Of a DNA stretch of 64,000 nucleotides, positions 1 to 7,811 are shown one piece after another; within the stretch, counting starts at the first letter, position 1, and each line of letters opens with the position of its first letter. Source of the DNA: an uncultured virus (IMG/VR IMGVR_UViG_3300044513_002407) (lineage: Duplodnaviria; Heunggongvirae; Uroviricota; Caudoviricetes). The stretch lies in the IMG/VR virus record IMGVR_UViG_3300044513_002407. The stretch is one strand, 5' to 3'. The notes under the pieces were generated by a model. That model made no database searches. It was not told where the DNA came from and saw nothing but the letters and a program-made list of their open reading frames with translations. The position numbers and the translations under genes are program-made.

Positions 1-51
1 CGTCTCGTTGATCGTCTTCAAATAATCCGTCAAGCTGTGGGCGTACTGCAT
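1..51 (-). CDS. g62: Clamp loader small subunit (gp62-like), N-terminal fragment running off the window
   Basis: ATG at 51 reads MQYAHSLTDYLKTINET; resembles cyanophage gp62 N-terminus (L.D.L..IN.T); expected position downstream of g44/dam. Confidence 0.65.
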   Translation of the reverse strand, partial: MQYAHSLTDYLKTINET

Positions 52-853
52 AATTAAGTAAAAGAAGTTCTTTGCGTTCTTTCTGGTCACGAGTATACGT
101 TCCAGTAGATCTCATCGTATAAGTGAGATCCCAATCCTTATTATACCATCCAGGGAATCTTTCCTTGACATAGATATCAGAATTGTAAGTGATCATACAC
201 TTCTGTTCAGAAGTTCTGCATTGTGCTGCAAACCATTCATGGTCAAAACCTTTGTGCATAGATCCTTTCTTACCATAAAGATTATCCTTAATATCATAAG
301 GAGGATCTAAAAATACAAATGCATCATTACCATAAAGAAGTTCAGTGTAATCTAGATTCGTAATACTCCAAAACTGAATTAGTTCTGAAATAGCAGGAAG
401 ACGATCAATTCCCCTAAAGGTAAAGTTCTGCCTAGATGCTTGTTCACTGAATGAAGAAGATTCAGACAGTCCACTGAATGAACACTTATTGACAATATAG
501 AAATTAAAACCAACAGAGTAATCATCGTTGGAGTTCAATGCTAACTTAGCATTGGTGAATGCTTCTCTATGAGCATGAGGACTCTCACCCAGTTCGGTCT
601 TTAGTGCTCTCAGATCACTAGAGAGTCGATCACCCTCACGTTGTAGGGTTTTCCAGAAGCAGTAGAGAGGACGATAGAGATCGTTTACCCAGATCTCAGT
701 ACGAGGATACGTCTGAGTAACATACAGTGCCATAGAACCACCACCAAGAAATGGTTCATGGTATTTGTTGAACTTACCAGGAAGGTTCTGACTTAGAAAT
801 TTAATTGCCCTGGATTTGCCACCAGGATATCGAAGAGGTGTTTTGAGTTTCAT
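1..853 (-). CDS. dam: DNA adenine methyltransferase (Dam/D12 class), no stop codon inside the window
   Basis: Manual translation MKLKTPLRYPGGKSRAIKFL...YHEPFLGGGS (motif I) ...AFVFLDPPYDI (motif IV) ...RKELLLLNY; missing from ORF track because frame is open to the window edge. Confidence 0.93.
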   Translation of the reverse strand, partial: MKLKTPLRYPGGKSRAIKFLSQNLPGKFNKYHEPFLGGGSMALYVTQTYPRTEIWVNDLYRPLYCFWKTLQREGDRLSSDLRALKTELGESPHAHREAFTNAKLALNSNDDYSVGFNFYIVNKCSFSGLSESSSFSEQASRQNFTFRGIDRLPAISELIQFWSITNLDYTELLYGNDAFVFLDPPYDIKDNLYGKKGSMHKGFDHEWFAAQCRTSEQKCMITYNSDIYVKERFPGWYNKDWDLTYTMRSTGTYTRDQKERKELLLLNYAVRPQLDGLFEDDQRD

Positions 854-1362
854 TTTATACTCTCAATAAAGTTTCTAGCAAAGATTTCCTTTTCTTTGAA
901 GTAATCCCTATCAATACGTTCTCCACCATTCAAGAAAAAATGTTCTGGTTGAGGATTACAATGTGCTATAATGTTACTGCCAGATTTTTTAATCCCATAT
1001 AACATATTACTAGGAACACAACAAGCTCTCAATAGTTTGGGATCAGTAAAGATATAATAATCTGCAGGAACAAAATCCGACGCATCTTTTTCACCCCACC
1101 CATTCATAACAATGGCACCTCTGACTGATCTTTTTGCAGCATTTTTAAACGTCACCTTTTTACTTTCATAAGTGACATTGTTACTGTCAACTAAATCCAC
1201 CCCAGTGCTATTTTTCCTAACCAACAAACCATTGCTACATTCCTCATAAATTAGTTCTATCATTCTACCCACATCAAAGTATTGAATATTTTCGGTTGGA
1301 GTAGAAATAGTAGAAAGAGTTCTAGCAACCCAAGGTAAATTAATCTGAGTAAAGTCAATCAT
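850..1362 (-). CDS. Hypothetical protein, possible PD-(D/E)xK nuclease
   Basis: 170 aa; GRMIE...GVDLVDSNNVTYESKK resembles E...D-x(n)-E-x-K catalytic spacing; ATGA overlaps with g44 and dam. Confidence 0.5.
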   Translation of the reverse strand: MIDFTQINLPWVARTLSTISTPTENIQYFDVGRMIELIYEECSNGLLVRKNSTGVDLVDSNNVTYESKKVTFKNAAKRSVRGAIVMNGWGEKDASDFVPADYYIFTDPKLLRACCVPSNMLYGIKKSGSNIIAHCNPQPEHFFLNGGERIDRDYFKEKEIFARNFIESIK

Positions 1363-2306
1363 TTGAATTCACACTCCACCATCATTTCAGTAAGGGCAGC
1401 AAGAAGATTGATTTCCTGATCTGCAACAAATGCAGATTGGTATTGATACTTGCCGATAATCAATACCGCATGAGGAATAGTTCTAGGTTCAAGATACGTA
1501 TAAAGGTTATCGTAGATTGACCTAAAGATGTGAGAGGGTTCGTTGTCAAGATTAGAAGATACCCACTTCTTAACAACAGTAAACTCTTTGTTCTTCAATG
1601 CCTGAGTCAGTTCAGTAAACTTGATGTCAGACAAACTAGAAAGAATGCCACTATCAATTACTCCACCAACGGAATACTTTTGACATTCATTGAGTGTACG
1701 ACGCCAATCAGGAAAGAACTTCAGGATGATTTGGGGAAGTACTTTCGTATCATATTGTACACCTTCATTCTCAAGTATAGACCTGAGACGGTCGAAGAAG
1801 GTTCCAGCAAGAAGTTTCTTTTGCTTTCCTGGAATGGAGAAATCAACGACTGCACACCTGGAATGGAGTGGTTCGATGATTTTGTTTTTGTAGTTACAGG
1901 TGAAAATAAACCGACAGTTACCATAAAACGTCTCAATGTTTGCCCGTAGAGCGAGTTGTACGTCGTGGGTCGTGTTGTCAGCTTCGTCAATAATAACGAC
2001 TTTGTGTTTGGAGTCACTAGATAGTGATACGGTCGATGCAAAATTTTTGACCTTGTTTCGTACCGTGTCAATTGCTCTTCCTTCATCTGATCCATTTACA
2101 ATAATATAATCGACACCGAGTTCTTCGCAAAGTGCTCGGGCGACAGTGGTTTTGCCAATGCCAGCAGTTCCATGAAGAAGCAGGTTAGGAATCTGACCTG
2201 TCTTCAGGAACTCTTTAAATGTTTTCTTTGTATCTTCTGGCAAGATACATTCATCAATTTTCTTAGGGCGATACTTCTCAACCCAGAGAAACTCATTACG
2301 ACTCAT
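1359..2306 (-). CDS. g44: Clamp loader large subunit (RFC-like AAA+)
   Basis: LWVEKYRP, GTAGIGKTT Walker A, IIDEAD Walker B, LHSRC. Confidence 0.97.
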   Translation of the reverse strand: MSRNEFLWVEKYRPKKIDECILPEDTKKTFKEFLKTGQIPNLLLHGTAGIGKTTVARALCEELGVDYIIVNGSDEGRAIDTVRNKVKNFASTVSLSSDSKHKVVIIDEADNTTHDVQLALRANIETFYGNCRFIFTCNYKNKIIEPLHSRCAVVDFSIPGKQKKLLAGTFFDRLRSILENEGVQYDTKVLPQIILKFFPDWRRTLNECQKYSVGGVIDSGILSSLSDIKFTELTQALKNKEFTVVKKWVSSNLDNEPSHIFRSIYDNLYTYLEPRTIPHAVLIIGKYQYQSAFVADQEINLLAALTEMMVECEFK

Positions 2307-2309
2307 AGT

Positions 2310-2651
2310 TCAATTAAATGCGAAGGGTCTATCATACTGATGATGGACTGATGACATTGCCTTTAGTTGGGAACGCATCAATGCAAATCCTAGCATAGGA
2401 TCTGACTGTCCACATGTAAAAATGTCACACACTGCTTTACCTTCTTCTGGCCAAGTGTGAATGCTGATGTGACTTTCAGCAAGTAGAGTTACTGCAGTAA
2501 CCCCCTGAGGTTCAAACTGATGGGATATGGTATTTAAAAAGGTTGCTCCAGATGCTTCAGCAGCATCATAGAGAAGTCCTTCAATAAACATCCTGTCATT
2601 CAAAAGATCAGGGTCACAATCATACAAAGTAAAAAGAACGTGCTTCATCAA
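2310..2651 (-). CDS. speD: S-adenosylmethionine decarboxylase proenzyme (pyruvoyl type)
   Basis: HQFEPQGVTAVTLLAESHISIHTWPE...CDIFTCG with ESH self-cleavage site. Confidence 0.93.
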   Translation of the reverse strand: MMKHVLFTLYDCDPDLLNDRMFIEGLLYDAAEASGATFLNTISHQFEPQGVTAVTLLAESHISIHTWPEEGKAVCDIFTCGQSDPMLGFALMRSQLKAMSSVHHQYDRPFAFN

Positions 2652-3310
2652 CCATAACTGGAATCAGGTTCCAGAGCAATGTAATACTCTAAGTCACCGC
2701 AAACAAAGTGTGCTGCTTTCTTAGTAACTTCAACCTTGTAGTTGCCAGGAATAATTTTAATATTCTCAACTTTAAAGTTGAAGGAGAATGGAACTTCGGA
2801 TTCACCAACAACATAAGAAACAGTATTAGATGTTTCGTTGTCTTTATCCTTAGTAACCAAACAAACTTCCCCGCCACCAGATTCTAAACAAAGGTCAGGA
2901 AGACCATAAACACTTGCACTCCGAATCAAAGAGTCCAAGGTATCAGAGGTAAGTTCAAACTCAAACTCATAATCTGAGAGTTGAACTGCTTTACCTTTTG
3001 GAGAAACAATTAGATCAGGATCACAGAAGAAGTACTTGACCTTCGTGCGACCACTCTTGATGGTCAGATATGAAGTGTTATCAAATTCAATATCAGGGTC
3101 CGAGAACAGAGAGATACCGTTCAAGAATTGTGCTAGGTCATAAATGGCAAAGGGCATCGGAAACTCTTCACTGACCGTTGCTTTACTAAAAATGTTTTTA
3201 GTAACAGAGATGGTAGAAAGAGCACTACCTTCACCGATACTGATAGAATTATTGATTTGAGCAAAATTCTTCAGAATGGTTTTGGTCTTATCAGATAGTT
3301 TCATGTTCAC
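2648..3310 (-). CDS. g45: Sliding clamp
   Basis: MKLS..T..ILKNFAQINNSI, FAIYDL.QFL, KYFFCDP, YYIALEPDS. Confidence 0.96.
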   Translation of the reverse strand: MNMKLSDKTKTILKNFAQINNSISIGEGSALSTISVTKNIFSKATVSEEFPMPFAIYDLAQFLNGISLFSDPDIEFDNTSYLTIKSGRTKVKYFFCDPDLIVSPKGKAVQLSDYEFEFELTSDTLDSLIRSASVYGLPDLCLESGGGEVCLVTKDKDNETSNTVSYVVGESEVPFSFNFKVENIKIIPGNYKVEVTKKAAHFVCGDLEYYIALEPDSSYG

Positions 3311-3687
3311 TGGTTGTAGGTTTCACGGACAGCATTCTTATCGTTGAAGTTCATAAGGAGAACTGCATAGTGCAGAATCTTCATGATATCACGGCGGGCA
3401 GTGCCCTTCTTATCGTACCGTGACGCATACTTCAGGATGTTGCTTCGGCAAAATGCTTCTCCATCACCACATGCTTCAATAAGATCAAGAGTTTGAATCT
3501 TGTCGTCACCAGCAGAATAGTGTTGGTTGTAAGTTCCTCGAATATATTCAAGAAGTTCTTTGACAATTTCTTCCTCATTATACTTCCAAGGAGTTGCTGG
3601 AGAGTTAGGAATCATGTCGGTTTTCAAATTAAAAGTGTTGTCGTCCATTTCAAGTACATCGTAAAGTAAAGACCAAGCGTTAGCCAT
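3307..3687 (-). CDS. Conserved cyanophage protein, DUF3310-like (T7 gp1.7 nucleotide-kinase-like)
   Basis: QHYS...QTLDLIEACGDGEAFCRSNILKYASRYDKKG..RRDIMKILHY; start placed at MANAWS (3687). Confidence 0.7.
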   Translation of the reverse strand: MANAWSLLYDVLEMDDNTFNLKTDMIPNSPATPWKYNEEEIVKELLEYIRGTYNQHYSAGDDKIQTLDLIEACGDGEAFCRSNILKYASRYDKKGTARRDIMKILHYAVLLMNFNDKNAVRETYNQ

Positions 3688-4300
3688 AAGGGAAAAGGAA
3701 CTCATCTACAAAGTGTTCTGCTCGTTCCTTGCCAAAGTTGTTGGCAAGATACCCACTCACTGGATCCAGTTTTTTCATATAGGAATCAAAGTCCCTATAT
3801 TCGGTTTCGTCTGTTCCTTGGGGATCAGCAGATTCTAGCATATCTTTGTACACTTGTAAATAGGCAGCAAAGTCATCGAGATAGTTGTTTACCTCTGACA
3901 TTGTGCATTTACGGACATAGACATGCTCTGAGAAATGATTGCCAGGTTCAAAGAATCTAAAAGTTCCTTCTGCCTTTGGCAGTTTGTCTCCCACAGAAAA
4001 CAAATAGTTTTCCACAGGATGCTGAAAGTCAAACACAATGATGACTTTCTTTTCAAAGAATCCCATCAGGTCCATACCAAAGCAAGGAAGATTCTTTCCT
4101 GTCTTTGGATACATGATGGTGTTGTAGATGTTTGATTTTTCACTCCAGATATCTACTGCTCTGGATTTTATAAACTGAGGACTCTTCCAGATTTCTGCTC
4201 TCAGGTTTGTTTCACCTGACCAATCTGCCCACACATGATCTATCTTTAAATCAGGGAAGGTTTTGTAAAGAGTCCTCTTATACTCTTTCCACAGGTCCAT
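3680..4300 (-). CDS. pebS: Phycoerythrobilin synthase (ferredoxin-dependent bilin reductase)
   Basis: IYNTIMYPKTGKNLPCFGMDLM..F.KKVIIVFDFQHP, FRFFEPGNHFS, FDSYMKKLDPV match phage PebS; both catalytic Asp-bearing motifs (GMDL, LDPV) present; start placed at MDLWKEY (4300), after terminator hairpin. Confidence 0.9.
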   Translation of the reverse strand: MDLWKEYKRTLYKTFPDLKIDHVWADWSGETNLRAEIWKSPQFIKSRAVDIWSEKSNIYNTIMYPKTGKNLPCFGMDLMGFFEKKVIIVFDFQHPVENYLFSVGDKLPKAEGTFRFFEPGNHFSEHVYVRKCTMSEVNNYLDDFAAYLQVYKDMLESADPQGTDETEYRDFDSYMKKLDPVSGYLANNFGKERAEHFVDEFLFPYG

Positions 4301-4325
4301 AAAAAAAGAGGGAGAGAACTCCCTC
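4301..4325 (-). terminator. Intrinsic terminator after cobS
   Basis: Minus strand GAGGGAG-TTCT-CTCCCTC-TTTTTTT. Confidence 0.8.
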
Positions 4326-4354
4326 ATTATATCAGAACGGAACCTGTTCGTCAA
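4326..4354 (-). promoter_or_regulatory. Sigma70-type promoter for pebS
   Basis: TTGACG-N17-TATAAT overlapping the 3' end of cobS. Confidence 0.8.
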
Positions 4355-5420
4355 GGTCTACGCCAGCGTCAACCTTGTCGTAGAGATCCAGGAAGGATTG
4401 CTTGGTCTCATCATCGAAGCGATTCAGGCAAACCTTGATTGCCTTTGCTTTGTCGTTGAAGATGCTGTAGGCACGAACAACGTGAGTCAAGCGACGAGTG
4501 CTGATGATCTCATCAATAGCACCTTCGTAGAAGGTCTTACGAATGATCTGTGCCCAATCAACCAGACACTTGCAGAACTCACTATCTTCAATACCAAGAT
4601 CAAGAGAGATACCCTCAAGGATACGTTGCTCAATCTTAGGAGAAGGATACTCCTGCTCAAAGGTGACAGGGAATCGCTCAAGGAATGCTTCGTTGAGAAC
4701 ATTGGTGCCGATGAAACGACCATCATCGCTGCCCTTGCCCTTGGTGTTGGCAGTAGCAACGATGTTGAAACCAGCAGCAGGTTGCACATACTTGCCAATC
4801 TTCTTCAGGAAGATACCCTTACCCTCAAGGATAGATTGCAGGCATAGGATTTTGTTAGAAGCAAGGTCAACTTCATCTAGAAGGAGAACTGCTCCACGTT
4901 CCAAAGCCTCCACGACGGGTCCATTATGCCAGACAGTTTCGCCATTAACAAGACGGAAACCACCAATAAGATCATCCTCGTCAGTTTCAATGGTGATGTT
5001 GACACGAACTAGTTCCCTATTTAGAGAAGCACATGCTTGCTCAACACCAAAGGTCTTACCATTACCAGACAGACCAGTAATGAACATGGGATAAAACAGA
5101 CCCGACTGGATAACTTTCTTGACATCAGCAAAGTTCCCGAACGGGACAAAAGTAGCATCTTTGATTGGAATAAGATCAATACTTTCCCGTTCGGGAACAG
5201 CAGAAGATGCTTGATAGGTTTGCTCAAGACGTTCTTGAACAGTCAAATTCCAGCGACCGTGACCAACCTTGTACTGCTCAAGTCGCTTGGTAATCGTAGG
5301 ATAAGAAACATTAAATTCATCAGCAGCAGATTTTACTGCATTGCTGCTGATCTCAGAACCATAGTTCTCAGACAGGAACGAAATCAGTTCGTTGGTGTTG
5401 AGGTTAGACATTCGAGGCAT
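4332..5420 (-). CDS. cobS: CobS-like MoxR-family AAA+ ATPase
   Basis: GLSGNGKT Walker A, RVNITIETDEDDLIGGFRL, LLLDEVD, ATANTKGKG, NEAFLERF, ISTRRL. Confidence 0.93.
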   Translation of the reverse strand: MPRMSNLNTNELISFLSENYGSEISSNAVKSAADEFNVSYPTITKRLEQYKVGHGRWNLTVQERLEQTYQASSAVPERESIDLIPIKDATFVPFGNFADVKKVIQSGLFYPMFITGLSGNGKTFGVEQACASLNRELVRVNITIETDEDDLIGGFRLVNGETVWHNGPVVEALERGAVLLLDEVDLASNKILCLQSILEGKGIFLKKIGKYVQPAAGFNIVATANTKGKGSDDGRFIGTNVLNEAFLERFPVTFEQEYPSPKIEQRILEGISLDLGIEDSEFCKCLVDWAQIIRKTFYEGAIDEIISTRRLTHVVRAYSIFNDKAKAIKVCLNRFDDETKQSFLDLYDKVDAGVDLDEQVPF

Positions 5421-5443
5421 TGGTTTGTTTCGTTGATGTACTC

Positions 5444-5499
5444 AGTATAGGGGTAGAACCACCCCAGATTGGGGTGGTGTAGACAGTTTCTCAAGCGAC
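5444..5499 (-). promoter_or_regulatory. Cyanophage early-type promoter with GC hairpin upstream of cobS
   Basis: GTCGCTTGAGAAACTGTCTAC box, CCACCCCA-ATC-TGGGGTGG hairpin, then TATACT -10. Confidence 0.55.
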
Positions 5500-7638
5500 A
5501 TACTCGATAAAAGAACTGAGAATCTTTTTATTAAGGGTCTTTGCTTTGAGAGATTTCTTGAATGCAGTGCGAATCTGAGCATTTGTAGCATCATCTGAAA
5601 CTTCAAATTCATCGCTTTCATTTAAAGATGTAGAAGACATGGCATACAAAGCATCGTAACCATTGTCCTTGATGATAAAGGAACGATTCTTCTTCCACAC
5701 TTTCTTAGTTGACTCAGAATATTCTCCAGCATAGGTGTAGAAGAAGTTGGCAACATCACGACTAGGAAGAACACGGATGCCGATGAAGTTAACCTGTGGA
5801 AGATTCTCCCTCAAGTTAGTAAGAAGAATGTGAGTAACACCACCTTTCCAGTAGTGATCATTCCAAGAGGGTTTGTAAACTCGACCGATCTTACGATCTC
5901 GAATCTGACAAGAAGTGTTCAATCCAACACGACCCCAACGATCCTTGGTTTTGTCGTAATAATCTTTCGTCTTAACTACACGAGCAATGCTTGCAGATTC
6001 ACCATCAGTGAGAATAACAGTGTTAACTTTTTGGAGTTTGTTATCCTTGATGAACTTAGGAAGCAGTTGACGAAGAACAATCAAAGATTCATTCAGAGGA
6101 GTTCCAGAAAGTCCAAGACCAGCAGGGCAAAGATCCCAAGACCGCTTTTGGAAAGCATAGGCAAGAGTAAAAATATTCTTACAGTCACCTTCAAACTCAG
6201 CAGAATTGCGAGTGTGAGAAAGCATGTTCAGAAGACGGAAGTTCCTGTACATGTAAAGAGTGTTGTTTTCAAGAACTTGAATCTCAGAACCATCGTCCTC
6301 GTAGGACTCTCGGGTATCCGAATAGTCATAGGTAAATGCATAAACCTCGAAAGGAATGTTGACCTTCTTACAGAACCACACGAGGTTCAAAAGTTGCTTG
6401 ACAGTATCAAGAATAACATCTTGCATAGAGCCAGACCAGTCAAGAACAAAGACAAGACCGTGACTCTTCCCATCAGGAATGATAGTTACCTTCTTAAAGA
6501 GATCATCATTGTACTTGTAAGTGTGGAGTTTAGAAGTATCAAGAACTCCAGTGCGAGAAGTTGCAGCACGAGCATATGCATCTGCTGACTTCTTACACTC
6601 AAACTCTTTGACAAGATAGGACACACCACGAGATGCATCTTTCTTATAGTGAGCGTAGTGATTCAGTGATTGCTCGTAAACTTCTTTACGCCAAGTACCC
6701 TCAACAAAATCAGTAGAGTAGAAGTTCTTACAAAGTGCAGATATTTCAGCAGTGGGAATAACTACGTTGTTAAGAATGACTTCTGGGAACTCAACATAGG
6801 TGGTTTCTACCATTCCATGGTTGATCAGTTTCTTTTGGTTCTTCTCAAAAGCACTTTCGGTTTGAGATTCAAAGTCATTAGAGAGTCCACCCTCAGGAGT
6901 GCTGGATACCTTGTCAGGTTGAACCTCTTCTCCAGACCCCTCAGAATCCCCTTCAGAATCGCCTGTAAGGTCGCTCTGCTCGCTGTTAGGTGTCTCTACC
7001 TCAGTAACGCTGCTATTAGAGGATGGTTCGCTATTGGTTTGTTCAGGGTTGAAGGGAAGGTCGGTTTTCTTCCGATCTTCATTTTCTTTCTTGACATGCT
7101 CGAACAGCATCAAAGAAACCTCAAGAACATCAGCAAACGTTTCAGAAGTTTCAACCAATTCAACGAACTTGTTTTCTTCCTGAGAAAATGGGACAGGAGT
7201 AAAGAGTCCGATCTTAAAGTGAAGGTTGATGCGATCGATCAGATTCATCTTGCTCAGATCTTCATCAGCAATGCTAAAGAAGTCATCATCAGAAAGTTCT
7301 TTGTATCCTTTGTGAAAGGTCTTAGCAAACCCAGGAAACTTACGCTTCATCAAACGCTCGATGCGAGCATCTTCAACAACGTTCACAAAGGAAGGAGGAA
7401 CGTTCTTGTAGTTATCTTCACGCCAGTCAATGTTGGGGGTATACAGTGCATGACCAACTTCATGACCAACCAGCAGGTCATAGACAATGGAGGAAGCTTT
7501 CTGCCACATAGGCAGAGTCAAAACACGTTCTTGTACGTCAAAGGATGCAGTGCTGACTTGCTTGTGCTCAACAATCAGGTTTTCAGTAGCGAGCAGGCGA
7601 GCAAGGTTGTCTTTGACTTCGTGGGAAAAGGCGATCAT
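5491..7638 (-). CDS. Metallopeptidase-like/vWA domain protein (CobT-like partner of CobS)
   Basis: N-terminal HEVGH + NVVEDARIE, acidic linker, C-terminal vWA MIDAS DWSGS...GTPL...LTDGE. Confidence 0.88.
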   Translation of the reverse strand: MIAFSHEVKDNLARLLATENLIVEHKQVSTASFDVQERVLTLPMWQKASSIVYDLLVGHEVGHALYTPNIDWREDNYKNVPPSFVNVVEDARIERLMKRKFPGFAKTFHKGYKELSDDDFFSIADEDLSKMNLIDRINLHFKIGLFTPVPFSQEENKFVELVETSETFADVLEVSLMLFEHVKKENEDRKKTDLPFNPEQTNSEPSSNSSVTEVETPNSEQSDLTGDSEGDSEGSGEEVQPDKVSSTPEGGLSNDFESQTESAFEKNQKKLINHGMVETTYVEFPEVILNNVVIPTAEISALCKNFYSTDFVEGTWRKEVYEQSLNHYAHYKKDASRGVSYLVKEFECKKSADAYARAATSRTGVLDTSKLHTYKYNDDLFKKVTIIPDGKSHGLVFVLDWSGSMQDVILDTVKQLLNLVWFCKKVNIPFEVYAFTYDYSDTRESYEDDGSEIQVLENNTLYMYRNFRLLNMLSHTRNSAEFEGDCKNIFTLAYAFQKRSWDLCPAGLGLSGTPLNESLIVLRQLLPKFIKDNKLQKVNTVILTDGESASIARVVKTKDYYDKTKDRWGRVGLNTSCQIRDRKIGRVYKPSWNDHYWKGGVTHILLTNLRENLPQVNFIGIRVLPSRDVANFFYTYAGEYSESTKKVWKKNRSFIIKDNGYDALYAMSSTSLNESDEFEVSDDATNAQIRTAFKKSLKAKTLNKKILSSFIEYVA

Positions 7639-7811
7639 TGGAAGTCCGAATCAGTATGGACATATGATACAGAAAAAGGTCGCCCTTTCGGACGACCCAT
7701 GTGACGCTTTTTAAATTGTCTGAGCGCCTCCTTACGTGCTCTCATTGCCTGAGGTTTCAGGCGGCGCTTCTGATCCTTCTTACTGTGGTGTTGCCAGTTA
7801 GGTACTTTCAT
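7635..7811 (-). CDS. Small basic hypothetical protein (58 aa)
   Basis: MKVPNWQHHSKKDQKRRLKPQAMRARKEALRQFKKRHMGRPKGRPFSVSYVHTDSDFQ; overlaps g46 end, ATGA-coupled to next gene; below ORF-track cutoff. Confidence 0.7.
   Translation of the reverse strand: MKVPNWQHHSKKDQKRRLKPQAMRARKEALRQFKKRHMGRPKGRPFSVSYVHTDSDFQ
7673..7697 (-). terminator. Terminator-like hairpin upstream of peptidase/vWA gene
   Basis: GGTCGTCC-GAAA-GGGCGACC-TTTTT on minus strand (GNRA loop). Confidence 0.65.

Noticed and set aside
4301..4354. ORF-track N-terminal extension of PebS (MTNRFRSDIMREFSPSFF)
   Set aside because: Spans a promoter and terminator; ATG at 4300 is more plausible
4398..5450. Plus-strand ORFs opposite cobS
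   Set aside because: Antisense to a highly conserved gene, no protein-like features
5830..7704. Long plus-strand ORFs (252 aa, 344 aa) opposite the peptidase/vWA gene
   Set aside because: Antisense shadows of a codon-biased gene; no recognisable motifs or clear RBS
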